A stretch of 60,529 nt of DNA, filler included, from Squatina squatina (Eukaryota), in NCBI GenBank assembly GCA_031763465.1. It is 3 parts of 3 records of this genome, joined end to end, with 100 filler letters (N's around TTAATTAATTAA, not from the genome) between each part and the next. Parts side by side here need not be neighbours in the genome. Positions count along the whole stretch, not along the records: positions 20,993 to 40,574 come from JARFOE010000038.1; 2 more parts are not named here. One strand, written 5' to 3'. The position numbers and the translations under genes were made by a program. Positions within the stretch are counted from its first letter, which is position 1; every line of letters starts with the position of its first letter. The notes under the pieces were generated by a model. It ran no database searches and had not been told where the DNA came from. It worked only from the letters and a program-made list of their open reading frames with translations. This document shows positions 26,410 through 38,544 of this stretch, in pieces.

Positions 26410-26841
26410 CTGAAGAGAGGCAGAAAAAAAACAGGAAAGAATAACACATGGACATGCAAAGAAACTGCAAGCAACACACCTATAATACAGCAGAGAAAGA
26501 GGAAATAAAAAACACAGTAAGTCAGATCCTTCCACCTGCAGAAGTGTAAAGAGAGACAATGAACACATCACAACTCTAGGCAATCGAGGTACCAGGGAAT
26601 CGTGCTCAGGAGGTGGACCGTTCAAGACCGGTGTGTGAATGGGGAGGAACAAAAATTAAAATGGGAGCTGGGGAACTAATGTGTAAAATTTAAGAAGCAG
26701 ACAGGAAGATTTCTCCTGCGTGCTATTTGTAGCAAAGTTGTTTACAAAGCACAAATTGATCATTTTGCTGCAACTAGTGAGCAAAAGAAACCTTTCCCCA
26801 GAGTAGATTATGAACAGGCTCCTCTTCATAATATGGAGCCG

Positions 26842-26926
26842 ATTCAGATACACCTGGGATGCGGGATGAATAGAATATATGCTCATACTGATTAGAACAC
26901 ATGGGGACAACATCTCAAATCAATTG
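26842..26926 (-). pseudogene. Duplicated, decayed CPT1 exon-9 equivalent (pseudoexon)
   Basis: Acceptor CTCTCTTCAG then QLI*DVVPMCSNQYEHIFYSSRIPGVSE (compare CPT1 P(L/M)CSAQ(W/Y)E..FNT.RIPG). TGA at 26917-26915 where the other copy has CGA; no GT donor at the expected end. Confidence 0.8.
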
Positions 26927-27524
26927 CTGAAGAGAGGCTGAAAAAAAAACCAGCAAAGAATAACACATGGACAAGCAAAGAAACTGCAAGCACCAATATA
27001 GATCACCATGGGCACAATGCAGAATCAGTTTTGTCAATCTTATATTTATTACTTCACTTAGAATCCTTCGAGATTTTGGTCCAAAATGGCCGCAAGACAT
27101 TTACCCGAGTACCTTTTGTGGTTGGAGCTGGGCGACATGACATTTTCCAACCCTGTGCACCCAGCAACAAATACTCACCAACTCAAGTACAACACAGGTT
27201 ACATGGAGCACAAATCTCCTGCAGCTGCTCGAACAAATCACCTCAAATAACCCAAATCTCCAGGTTGCGGTGCCAATTTTGGTGTCAAATGGTGGTCTGA
27301 TTTTTTTTCTTTGCTACGGGCTCAGAACTGAGTGGAGGCTTCCCAAATGGTGCGAGTGCCAAAAAAAGACAGTCACGGCAACACCCAGGACCACTCTGAC
27401 CGTCCCTTCCAGGTGTGGGGATAANNNNNNNNNNNNNNNNNNNNNNNNNNNNNNNNNNNNNNNNNNNNNNNNNNNNNNNNNNNNNNNNNNNNNNNNNNNN
27501 NNNNNNNNNNNNNNNNNNNNNNNN

Positions 27525-27873
27525 AAGGGGAACAGATAGGGTAGAGAAAGAGAGAAACTATTTCCGCTGGTTGGGGATTCCAGGACTAGGGGGCGTAGAC
27601 TAAGAGTTAGAGCTAGACCTTTCAGGAGTGAAATTAGGAAACACTACACAAAGGGTGCTAGAAGTTCAGAACTCTCTTCCGCAAACGGCAATTGATGTTA
27701 GGTCAATTACTAATTTTAAATCTGAGACTGATAGGTTTTTGTTAACCATAGGTATTAGAGGATATGGGGCAAAGGTGGGTAGATGGAGTTAGGTTGCAGA
27801 TCAGCCATGATCTCAGTAAATGGCGGAACTGGGTCGAGGGGCTAAATGGCCTCCCCCCTCCTGTTCCTATGTT
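27525..27873 (+). mobile_element. CR1 LINE 3' end
   Basis: ORF2 C-terminal relic plus the GATCAGCCATGATCTC..GGCTAAATGGCCT tail. Confidence 0.75.
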
Positions 27874-28093
27874 GCTGTATCTCCCGTGGTCGAGTATCAT
27901 TATCAACATTCCTGGTCATGCTCACACATGGCTGTTTGGACAAGGTACCAGAGGCTGCCAGCGGAACTGCATCCCCATCAAACAGTCGACACCTTCATGA
28001 GAGCAGATAGGGAGACGTGAAAGGGAGAAAATGGGAAGAATTATTTTTCTCTTGCATGGGACAGTGGTATTAAGGTGATGCGTCAGCACTTAC

Positions 28094-28265
28094 AAACCAG
28101 ACTTTGGTGGTAGTAGACACCTTGCCGTGCTCTTCAAACATCCAGCCATGGTAGGAGAGGAGGGTTTTGAGGATCTGCCGCATCACAAAAATCAGTGCCA
28201 GCCACAGCCCTGTTGCAAACAGCAGCGCGCTCACCACGCTTTGACTCTGGTGTGATAAGTATCTT
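28094..28265 (-). CDS. CPT1C: CPT1 (CPT1C-like) exon with second TM segment, 172 nt (equivalent to CPT1A exon 4)
   Basis: [57 protein letters not shown]; acceptor TTTTATAG, donor TTT|GTAAGT. Confidence 0.88.
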
Positions 28266-28344
28266 CTATAAAAGACAAACAAAAACACAATACATTAAAA
28301 TGTAAAATAAGAAAAATAAAGAATTTTCAGGGCATCACCACAAT

Positions 28345-28700
28345 ACTTCAGAGCAAATGAAGAGCTCTTGGAAGTGTAGTTACTGGTGGCTTGAAGGGAA
28401 ATTCAGTAGCTAATGTACACACAGCAAAATGTCCCAGTGAGATCAATAACCAGCTGATCTGTATTTTTGGAAGTGTTGATTGATGGATAAATGTCGGCCA
28501 AGACAGCTCCCCTGTTCTTTGTGAAAGATCCCATAAACCCGCCATGACAGTTCGACAAGGCCTCAGTTTAATTCCCATTTTGAAGACAGCACCTCTGCTA
28601 GTGCAGGACTTCCTTAGTACTGCAGCTTCAGCCTGGATCATGTGCCCAAGTCCTGGAGTGGGCCTTGAACCAGTGACCTTCTGATTCAGAAGGTTACCAG
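28345..28700 (-). mobile_element. tRNA/Deu-type SINE
   Basis: Homologous to 38545-38935; the head contains a B-box-like GGTTCAAG on the minus strand. Confidence 0.7.
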
Positions 28701-28963
28701 AGAGTCCTACCAGAGGCCCAAGTTGACAAATGTACTGATTGAGTTAAATGCATATGATCACTATTACTCTGCACATTCACTTGCTGTGATACAAAACAGT
28801 TTAACGGTATCAGGTTTCATCTCACCAGGTCTTCCCTCAATCCGCCCTCAAAGAAACTATGAANNNNNNNNNNNNNNNNNNNNNNNNNNNNNNNNNNNNN
28901 NNNNNNNNNNNNNNNNNNNNNNNNNNNNNNNNNNNNNNNNNNNNNNNNNNNNNNNNNNNNNNN

Positions 28964-29590
28964 CCCTCGAGAAAAGAACCCCAGTGCTTTGATTGCTTTT
29001 TTATGGCTTTATTAGCCTGTGGCTTAATGATTTGTGTATCTGTCCCCCTAGATCCCTTTGCTCCTCTACCCCATTTAGACACTTATTTTCCAAGGAGTAC
29101 GTGGCTTCCTTATTCTTTCTACCAAAATGCATTGCCTCGCACTTGAAGTTTATTAGCCAATTACAAACCCATTGTGCAAGTTTATTAATGTCTTCCTGAA
29201 TGTTGTCGCAGTCCTCCTGTATTAACAACAGCCTCCAATTTGGTGTCATCCGCAAATCTTGAAATTGTACTTCCAATTCCCGAGCACAAACTGCTTATGT
29301 AAATGCTGAACAACAGTTGTCCCAGTGCCGAACCTTGTGGAACACCACTTCCCACCATTTGCCAATCCAAGTAACCATCTTTAACCCCTACTCTCTGTTT
29401 TCTGTTTTGTCGCCAGCTTGTCATCCATTTTGCTACTCCACACGTTCTGACCTTAGTCATGAGTCCACTATGTGGTAGCTTATCAAAGGCTTTTTGGAAA
29501 TCCAAATATATTACGCCGACTGCATTACCCATATCTACTCTTTCTGTCACTTCTTTAAAGAATTCAGGAAGGTTGGTCAAGCATGACTGT
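28964..29590 (-). mobile_element. CR1 LINE reverse transcriptase fragment (frameshifted)
   Basis: LTNLPEFFKEVTERVDMGNAVGVIYLDFQKAFDKLPH..GVPQGSALG..FADDTKL../LQ-like EDINKLAQWVCNW..KCEAMHFGRKN. Confidence 0.93.
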
Positions 29591-29869
29591 CACTATGAAT
29601 CTGACTGTGTTGATATTTTTACAGCCCTCTGCTGGAAAATTGGAAGAACCCTCTGTTCAGAAACTCGTTTACAATTTTCCCAACAATGACACAAAGGGAA
29701 TTGTCCCCTGGTTCTTTGTGTGGATAGTCCTTCTCAGACACTGCTACACAGGTACAATGTGGCTTCTGTAGGACCTTCAGGAATATTTTCTGTGCAGGTG
29801 AGAGTAGACACACAAGCGGTTGTCACATATAATAACAGTTGCTACTGTGTTAGCAGATGGCATCACCAA

Positions 29870-30120
29870 TTTTCATTGCTCCACCATTAGCAGCGATACC
29901 TTCAGCTTCCTGACTCCTAAGCTCCGGAATTCTCTCCCGAAACTTCTTTGCCTTTCAGACACTCTTTAAAACCTTCCTCTTTGACCAAGCATTCGGTTAC
30001 CTGTCCTAATATCACCTTATGTGGCTTGGTGTCAAATGTTGTTCGATCACACTCATGTGAAGCATCTTGGGATGTTTTACTATATTCAAGGTGCCGTATA
30101 AATACAATCTGTGGTTGTTA
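29870..30120 (+). mobile_element. L2-type LINE/SINE 3' end
   Basis: CCTTCAGC..CTCCGGAATTCTCTCCC..AAAACCTTCCTCTTTGACCAAGC..TGTGAAGCATCTTGGGATGTTTTACTATATT. Confidence 0.7.
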
Positions 30121-30559
30121 AAAGTTTCAGCATTGAGATTCAAGTGGACCCTGAATGCAAGGCTCGCTGGGCTGGGCTGGGCTGGCCTTACCTGAAACTT
30201 ATTGGGGAAATCCGACCCTAACAAGGTGGAGTTATTGCTGTTTGAATTGAAGTTAGAAGGAAAGGGCTACTACCGCCCCCGCCCCGCCACAATTGTTGAG
30301 TGGATAAATGCAGTGCTGAGGATGGAATGCGCCAACCTGACCAGGAAGGCCCCAGGTCTGATTGCTCANNNNNNNNNNNNNNNNNNNNNNNNNNNNNNNN
30401 NNNNNNNNNNNNNNNNNNNNNNNNNNNNNNNNNNNNNNNNNNNNNNNNNNNNNNNNNNNNNNNNNNNNCCAATGTCCGGCTGTCTGGAAAGCGATGGACA
30501 TCATATGATCCACCCATCGGGAGAAGGGAGCCTGAGAAGCTGGATGGAGATTCCAATCC

Positions 30560-30790
30560 CGCTCCATCGTTTCACTTCCGCGCGCACTGACCTGTTACCC
30601 CTCGGTGAAACCCCTGGGGTAACCGGCAGAGCTGCCCGTCCCAGTCTGCGATCAGAGGCTGAGCAGCGGGAAGCGGCTACTCACCAGGCAGGACCGCTTG
30701 CAAGCGATGGAAGCTCAGTACAAGCGAGAGAAACATGCCGCCCCGTCCCGTCCGCCCGCCGCCTCTCCCAGTGACAGGCCGAGACAGACC
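30560..30790 (-). promoter_or_regulatory. CpG-rich promoter with candidate first exon (donor at 30685/30684), possibly the non-coding exon 1 of the CPT1 gene
   Basis: Clustered GC boxes (CCGCCC) at about 30738-30762, a strong donor CCTG|GTGAGT on the minus strand, and an ETS-like ACTTCCG near 30574. It lies on the same strand as, and upstream of, the CPT1 exons. Confidence 0.45.
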
Positions 30791-30912
30791 GCCTTCAAAG
30801 GAACCGAACCCAGAATACCCTCACAGGTCAGTGCGGGAGCTCACCATCCAGTCACAGTAAAGAATGTGGACCCGTCACTGGTTGTCAAGGGCTGTCCCGG
30901 AACCGTCAGCAC

Positions 30913-31500
30913 AGAATCATAGAAAGTTTGCAGCACAGAAGGAGGCCACTCGGCCGCTCAATCCCGTGCCGGCTCTCTGCAAGAGCACATCAGCTAGTCC
31001 CACCCCCGCCCTTATTCCGTTACCCTGCATGTTTTCCTTCAGGTGAGGACCCAGTTAACTTTTGAAAGCCACGATTGAATCTGCCTCCACCACTATTTCA
31101 GGCAGTGCATTTCAGATCCTCAACATTGCGTAAATAAAGTTTCCTCATGTCTCCTTTGGACCTTCTGCCAATCAGCGTAAATCTCTCCTCTCTGGTTCTC
31201 AACCCTTCTGCCAAAGGGAACATTTTCTCTCTATCTACTCTGTGTCGACCTTTACGATTTTGAACACTTCTATCAAATTTCCTCTCAACTCTAAGGAGAA
31301 AAACCTCAGCTTCTCAAATCGATCCACATAATTGAAGTCCCTCCGCCCTTGGAATCATTTTTGTAATTTTTTTCTGCACCCTCTCAAAGAGCTCCACATC
31401 CTTCCTAAAGTACGGGACCCAGAACTGGACACAATGCTCTATTGAGGCAGAAAAAGTGTTTTCTAAAGGTTCATCATAACTTCCTTGCTTTTGTACACCA
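30913..31500 (-). mobile_element. CR1 LINE 3' end
   Basis: EHCVQFWVPYFRKDVELFERVQKKITKMIP, plus the tail AGAATCATAGAAAG. Confidence 0.85.
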
Positions 31501-32129
31501 GGCCTCAAATTANNNNNNNNNNNNNNNNNNNNNNNNNNNNNNNNNNNNNNNNNNNNNNNNNNNNNNNNNNNNNNNNNNNNNNNNNNNNNNNNNNNNNNNN
31601 NNNNNNNNNNNNCTGAAGCAGTCGACTGGGTTAGGATGCTGACTCGCTGAAAAGGCACTCTGGAGAGGCGCGAGGCTTGGCATCATTTAACCCCGCTGTG
31701 TTTCTGCTCGATGCGAGACTGCGGCAATTTTAAAAATAGACGCTTTGTTCCGTCGGGGCTGGGAAACAGCAAGTTCTCACAGAGTCAAAAGGTTATGTCG
31801 AATGTGTCCAAAACCTTTGTGCATGTCAATTTCACACAGGGTTGCGATATATCCATCAGTGGCAGCCAACTGGGACCCATTAACTGCCAGAGTCTCTCGG
31901 CAGCCTTCAAATGGACAATGAAGATTCATTGTTTGCTTCTGAGTGCTATAATAAGTATTGGACATCGAAATTTAAAAAAAAACAACAACAGAAAAAACAA
32001 GTTATGCAATTAATTGTGCCACAACGGGCTCAAATCCTCACTGCAAAAACTTGCAGGGACCTGTGAAATAGCTCAAGCTGCGAGGGTTGAAAATCTGAAA
32101 TAAAAACCCTCACCCTGGAAATGACTCAG

Positions 32130-32251
32130 GTGTCAGCCATGGCTCAGTGTTTAGCACCCTTGGCTCTGAGTCAGAAGGTTGTGGGTTCAAGTCCAAACTC
32201 CGTGAGACTTGAGCACGTAAATCTGGGCCACCACACCCAGTGCCAGTGCTG
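32130..32251 (+). mobile_element. tRNA-derived SINE head
   Basis: TGTCAGCCATGGCTCAGTG (A box) .. GGGTTCAAGTCC (B box) .. GAGACTTGAGCAC. Confidence 0.8.
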
Positions 32252-33879
32252 NNNNNNNNNNNNNNNNNNNNNNNNNNNNNNNNNNNNNNNNNNNNNNNNN
32301 NNNNNNNNNNNNNNNNNNNNNNNNNNNNNNNNNNNNNNNNNNNNNNNNNNNGCCCAGCAAAAATATGGCTTGCAGGGGTTAGGCATAAATAGGGGCAGAA
32401 TACTTACCTCACCATTGTCTCTGTCCAACTGCCAACCACTAATTTAGTTCCAGTGTTTCATGAGGCATGAGAGGTTTTCGTTGCAGAATGGTGAGGGCCT
32501 CATAAATATTCAAAAGTTGGGTCTGATGACGTCCTTCAGAACCCAATGAGATTTTAACCTCAATTGCACACAGTTTTGACCGCGCTGGGAAAAGCTTCTG
32601 TAAAATGGATCCAGGACTATAACAGGCCCAGGTAAGTTATTTAAAAATGATGTTAATCTTGCCTTTTGGTCCAGGAGGTGTAGGGTTGCTTCACCCAGAC
32701 TCACATGGAGAACTTGGGCCTCTCCTCTCTGCCCTTCCCCGGCGGCGATTCCCTTCGCACCCCCAACCAATGACTTATCTTAGTGCTGATTCCCTGGTAT
32801 TCTCGATGATGACCTCCATCCACCAAAAATCGTGCCCGCCTGCCGGCCTCCACATCATTCCGCTGAATTCAGGTGAGAGTCAGTGTTCCAAAATTTAGCT
32901 GAGGCCCGGGAGCTTAGCTGGCACGGCCTTGTGAGCCTGTCGTTCACTTTGACCTGCACACACTGCACTTATGTACAGCTACACAGTTAAAATTGGAGCT
33001 TATCTGCTCTTGGTATGAATTTGCTGTGAAAATTGTGATGAATAAAGATTTATTTCCCATGCAAAAGTCAAGGATTTTTCAACAGAATAAGGACCAGATT
33101 AGCTTTACTCCTGACAATGATTCCCCTGCTGAGTTTAAAATTAACATTTTCACTGTGGTATATATGCATTACAACTAGAAGAATAAATCCAAAAGCTGCC
33201 CTTACTAATGTCAGTCTGCTGTAAGTTGAGTCATAATACAGATTTATGAAACCTTTTGGTTTCATTAAAACAATGTCATAGTGTTCTTTGTAAACAAAGA
33301 GATAAAGCCTGATGTGATTTCAGACATAAATGATATTTCCTTTTTATTTGTTTACCCCTGCTGCCATATACACACTAAGCTCCCACGTGAACCTCTTTAC
33401 AACTTGGATGAGGGGCTGAAGTAGGGGCAAGGATTATGCACTTAGGGAAATGGCAGATTTTATTTGGCACATTCTGTGAAGGAATAACCTCTAACAATTG
33501 TACATGCATAGCCTCAACCACAGGTTACTCAATAAGCATGAGCCACAGTACAACCTTGTAAATCTGTGGTTGGGTCAATTTCCTCTTCAAAATAAGCAGT
33601 TTCCTTCACCCATAATCATCCTGCCAGGTCAGCCTGTCCTCTTCTTAAGTCCAAGACATTCAACTCTGATCATTTATTACAAGCTTTGCCAGCTGGTTTA
33701 TTTAAAAAGAAGTTATGAATAGCAGCATCTTTGGATGGGAGGAGGAATAAAAATGATTTCCACAGCCTATTGAATTTGCAAACTCTCTGGGCAACCAATG
33801 GTCTGCCCTGTGCTTTAAACACAAGGGGACCAAAAAGAGTAATTGTTGCACCCGTTTTGTGCTACCCTGTTATTTCGCC

Positions 33880-34748
33880 TAATTCAGCTCTTTGAGAAAA
33901 TTTTCGGGCAGCTTAAAAACTGGTCCAGAAATGAATGTAAATGATGCCTCATCGGCGCTAATTGAGCTTCAATAGCTTCAGCGGGCCAATTCACCAATCG
34001 ATCTAAGGAGCTGCAATCATGTGTCAGGCCACCTCAGCCCTTAAAGGGGCTCATTATTGAGAGACAAGCACTGCTTTGGTCAGTCATTTCAGACATTGTT
34101 GGTGGTTGTGGAGGCTTTGTTTTTGGAAGTGCTGTGGTTGAGAGTGTGAAGTAATGGCAGCTACCGAGTCCAGGAGGTCGAGGGCCCCAAGTTTAGTGAT
34201 CCTGCTCTACTAACTCTGGTGGTTGCGGTGGAGAGGAGGGCTGACAAGCTCTTCTCCCCTGCTGGAAGAAGGGGCATGGCTAGAATGGTCCGGCGCTAGA
34301 GCAGCCCCCAAGGCCGATTTGTCCCGATCCGGTCACCAATTCAGTGTTCAGCCAAAGGCAATGTTTAGTGAGGAAAATGCAGCAAGCGACTCGCAAACAA
34401 TGCCTCCAACGCGATTCAAGCGCCAAGATGTGCAACACACCTGGCCCTTTAAACAGCGCCAAAAAACATTGGAGGGAATGTGTCACCGCCTGAAAAACCG
34501 GGCGGTGTCACCGCCACTTTTAAAGGTTTTAAACGGAAGTCAATTCATTGTCGGGTGGTCATTTTGGGCACTGCGCCTAATGATGACGTCATGGAGGCCA
34601 CCCAAGGGCCGACGCCAAGTTTCTAGCGCTGCCAGAGCAGCGTTGCTCCGATATCAATTCAGCATTGGAGCACCTTACAGTCAAAAACGGGCATTAGACC
34701 CCTAGCGCCTGTTTAGCGCTCACGCTGGCAGACCAATTGGGCGCCCCC
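33880..34748 (+). mobile_element. Non-autonomous Harbinger-like element with truncated Myb head
   Basis: At about 34154-34275: MAATESRRSRAP/KFSDPALLTLVVAVERRADKLFSPAGRR. The CpG-rich body ends AATTGGGCGCCCCC. Boundaries are approximate. Confidence 0.6.
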
Positions 34749-34787
34749 TGCTTTTATTCGAAGGCATTGCTGTAGTTTCGGTCACGA

Positions 34788-35398
34788 GTTCTGTTTGCTG
34801 TAGTTCGTAGAGACTCTTCTTAAATAGACTCTGTAGAATGTTTGCTGTAGTGCGTTGTTTAAATAGACTCTGTAGACTGTTTGCTGTAGTATGCTGTTTA
34901 AATAGACTCTGCAGACTGTTTGCTGTAGTGTGCTGTTTAAATAGATTCTGTAGGCTGTTTACTGCAGTGCGCTGTTTTAATAGACTTTGCAGACTGTTTG
35001 TTGTAGTGCGCTGTTTCAATAGACTCTGTAGACTGCTGTAATGCGGTTTAAATAGACTCTAGACTGTTTGCTGTACTGCGCTGTTTAAATAGACTCTGTA
35101 GACTGTTTGCTGTAGTGCTGTTTAAATAGACTCTGTAGACTGTTTGCTGTAGTGCACTGTTTAAATAGACTCTGTAGACTGTTTGCTGTAGTGCACTGTT
35201 TAAATAGATTCTGTAGACTGTTTACTGTAGTGCGCTGTTCAAATAGACTCTGTAGACTGTTTGCTGTAGAGCACTGTTTAAATAGACTAGACCTTTTGCT
35301 GTAGTGTGCTGTTTAAATAGACTCTGTAGACGGTTTAAACAGACTCTGTTTGTTGAGTACATACACTTTATTTGCTGTAAAATAGACTGTTTGCTGTG
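34788..35398. repeat. 39-bp satellite array, about 14-16 copies
   Basis: Unit TTTAAATAGACTCTGTAGACTGTTTGCTGTAGTGCGCTG. Confidence 0.95.
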
Positions 35399-35664
35399 AG
35401 TCCTGCCATAAGTCCCGCCCGCCTCCAACTCATTGTCTGACACAGGAGACACTCATCCCTTTGTTTGCCTTTTCCACCCCTTTGTAGAAGCTCACAGCCT
35501 CCCTAATTCAGCATGTACATAACCACAGAACAAAGACTTGCTCTAGCACTCAATGAGATGCTCCATAAAGACATTTATTGAGGCTCCTCCCACAGCTGAA
35601 TAAGCAAACACACAGCCATTCAGATCATGGGTCCCAAATTTGAGCCTTGTCTGTATAGCAAGAC

Positions 35665-35913
35665 AGAATTGCATTTATATAGCGCCTTCCATGACCTCAG
35701 GATGTCTCAAAGCACTTTACAGCCAATGAAGTACTTCTGAAGTGCAGTCACTGTTATAATGTAGGAAACGCAGCAGCCAACATGCGCACATCAATCTCCC
35801 ACAAACAGTAACAGATAATCTGTTTTAGTGATGTTGGTTGAGGGATAAATACTGGCCAGGACACTGGGGAGATCTCCCTTGCTCGGAATATTGCAGTGGC
35901 ATTTTTTTAGGTT
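35665..35913 (-). mobile_element. tRNA/Deu-type SINE, truncated where the inverted satellite begins
   Basis: Homologous to 38545-38760 up to ..TTTTAGGTTCAC, then switches to satellite. Confidence 0.8.
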
Positions 35914-36094
35914 CACTACATCAAACAGTGTACAGAGTCTATTTAAACAGCACACTACAGCAAACCGTCGAGAGTCTATTTAAACAGCGCACTACAGCAA
36001 ACAGTCTAGAATCTATTTAAACAGCACTACAGCAAACAGTCCACAGAGTCTATTTAAACAGCGCACTACAGCAAACAGTCCACAGAGTCTATTT
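35914..36094. repeat. Same 39-bp satellite in inverted orientation, about 5 copies, running into a gap
   Basis: CAGCGCACTACAGCAAACAGTCCACAGAGTCTATTTAAA is the reverse complement of the 34788 unit. Confidence 0.95.
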
Positions 36095-36194
36095 NNNNNN
36101 NNNNNNNNNNNNNNNNNNNNNNNNNNNNNNNNNNNNNNNNNNNNNNNNNNNNNNNNNNNNNNNNNNNNNNNNNNNNNNNNNNNNNNNNNNNNNN

Positions 36195-36324
36195 ATCAAG
36201 GGATATGGGGATAGTGCAGGAAAATGGTGTTGAGGTAGAAGATCAGCCATGATCTAGTTGAATAGCAGAGCAGGCTCAAGGGGCCGAATGGCCTACTCCT
36301 GCTCCCAGTTCTTATGTTCTTATG
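36195..36324 (+). mobile_element. CR1-type LINE 3' tail
   Basis: GATCAGCCATGATC..GGGCCGAATGGCCTACTCCTGCTCC..CTTATGTTCTTATG. Confidence 0.8.
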
Positions 36325-36621
36325 AACAAAGTTATAGAGAAGACAGCAGGAAGATAGGCAGGGGAAAAAAGCAAGGAAGAGGGTAGAGAAAAATAAGAAA
36401 AAAGAACGAGAGACTTAAAGAAGGGATGAGGCAAACACGTATCTTTCTGACTTTGAGTGAAAGTTGGGCGGTACTTTCCTCAGAGTCACTCCAGGACCAC
36501 CAGGGTTTCTGTTGCACTTCCGACGAAGTTACGGTGAAGCAATGGCGAAGCTAGGGAGCCGGAGCAGCTCCAAGGAAGTTCCCAGCCTTTATTTACACCA
36601 GGATAGTTGGGCTGGTGGTAC

Positions 36622-36780
36622 CTTTTTCCAACGCCTCGATCTGATCCTGTGTGAACGATGTGCGGTTTCGCTGGAGTTTCCTCTTAAGTTGGAGTCGGAT
36701 CTGGGACTCGTCGGAATCCTCCCCGTTTACGTTGACGCCACTGCCATTTTCACCTCTGACCTCCAGCTGCTGGCAGCTGT
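36622..36780 (-). CDS. pax10: Pax6-family gene (probably Pax10/Pax6.2): linker plus homeodomain start, 159 nt (PAX6 exon 8 equivalent)
   Basis: [53 protein letters not shown]; acceptor TTTTTCAAACAG, donor AAG|GTACC. The Pax6 family is certain; the paralogue is inferred. Confidence 0.8.
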
Positions 36781-37014
36781 CTGTTTGAAAAAAAAAGGGG
36801 CACAGTGCCGGTGTCATTATAAGAAGAAGCTCGCACAACCCTCAGGATAAGCAAAATTCCTTGTCTATGATAAGCCTTGAGATGGAGACTGCAGGACCAG
36901 AGGAAAGCGGGAACACTAACTAAGCACCAAGGACTTAATATCTGACTCTAACAAATTCTTTTCCATTCTTTCACACAAAAAAGAGAACATCAAATTCCGG
37001 GAATCCAAAACAAG

Positions 37015-37180
37015 ATAAACCGGAAATACACAATAATTCCTCACAGCATCTGAGAGTGAAACGGTAGGCCAATGTTTCAGATGTAACTCTTTGGCAAACT
37101 CATGCTAATGCAGCATTGTACCTGAAACAATAATTTATCCTCTTTCAGATGCTTCTCGACTGCACTTCCAGTTTAATTTT
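37015..37180. repeat. Degenerate palindrome, probably Penelope-derived
   Basis: GCATCTGAGAG..TGTTTCAG / CTGAAACA..TCTTTCAGATGC; a similar relic lies at about 12365-12510. Confidence 0.5.
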
Positions 37181-38544
37181 TAAACCTAACATTATTCTAC
37201 TGGTCCTAGGTATTTCTGGCCATTATAATTGAATGGTTTTTATTCATTGCATCCGCCAGGGGGCTTAGCTAAGCAGACAATACAGGTGCTCTGTTTTTTC
37301 ATTAAAGATTGGCAGTTCAGCCGACTAATCATGGTCATACAGAGTCAAGGAACAATTCAGAGGACAGACCTGGTACATCTATCTCTCTTTCTCTGGCTCA
37401 GAGAGTTCCGGGAGATATTTCTCTCACTTCAATCAGGGAGATTGAGCGACTCCAGGCCTAGGTATGAATACATGCAGCTATAACAGATAGGTCAGTTGGC
37501 TTGGGGCAGTTAATTTGTAAGTGACTTCAGCCCATGACAGGGGCAGAGCTGTTCATTTTGTTTTATGGTACAGGAACCACAGGAAATAAATGTATCTCAC
37601 TGGAAAACACTGTTCATTCACACATTTCATGTCAAATAAACCAGTTTGTCAGTTTACAATTGGTCTTGTCTCAATCAAGTGCTTTTCAGGTCATCTTCCG
37701 TATAGACAGGAGAATGCACATGCAAGATCATAATTTCCAGGTCATGCTTCCATTTAACTCAATATTGGGCACTAACAGTGTACTCTGGATCAAGGGGGAC
37801 AACGTTCACTTATGAGAGCAACCAGTGAAGCTGTATCCAAGAGAATATCTACTGTAGACCCAAGAATTTTGTAACAGATCCCTTGAAATTTTGAAGAGAA
37901 AGTTGAATAAAGTGACGTGAACCATTACAAAATTTAGACTCACCAAGCAGGCAATATTTTAAAAACCCTTAAAAGTATTTCAAGACAATATATTTATGTT
38001 GTTCTTGAGAAACAAATCCAAATACAGAGTTACAACAGATCCCTTCTAGATAATAACAGTTGATTAACAGCAGAAAATGCTATGGTGGTCTCAACATTGG
38101 AAAACTGTCAGATTCAATAAAAAAGCTCTTTCTGTATAAGGATCAATATCAATGTCCTTGCCTAATGTGATGCTAATTTTTAAACCCGTGATAGCCATCT
38201 GCATTGAGTGGTAGAATAACAGGATGCATTAAAAGCAGCAATCAGAACAAGGATATTGGTTTATTGGAGGGAAGTGAAGGGAACTCAATATAATTTGTAG
38301 ACTTATTGTTGCCCCGCCATTTCTTATTACCTCATACACTGGCAAATATTGAAAAATGAGCTATCTATAATGGCTGAGAACTAACTGAATCCTGAATAGT
38401 TTAATTAATAAATTGCTCAGATTCCTCTAGAAAGAAAAATANNNNNNNNNNNNNNNNNNNNNNNNNNNNNNNNNNNNNNNNNNNNNNNNNNNNNNNNNNN
38501 NNNNNNNNNNNNNNNNNNNNNNNNNNNNNNNNNNNNNNNNNACC

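Noticed and set aside
32130-32210. tRNA gene
   Set aside because: The A/B boxes run into a SINE body seen elsewhere in the window; there is no complete cloverleaf.
34788-36094. CRISPR-like periodic array, and ORFs 34720-35019, 34838-35041 and 35222-35452
   Set aside because: The units are contiguous with no unique spacers and no cas genes. The ORFs arise only because 39 is divisible by 3.
36464-36850. Plus-strand 128-aa ORF (also 38977-39220 and 9658-9972)
   Set aside because: These are antisense shadows of the real Pax and NEGR1 exons.
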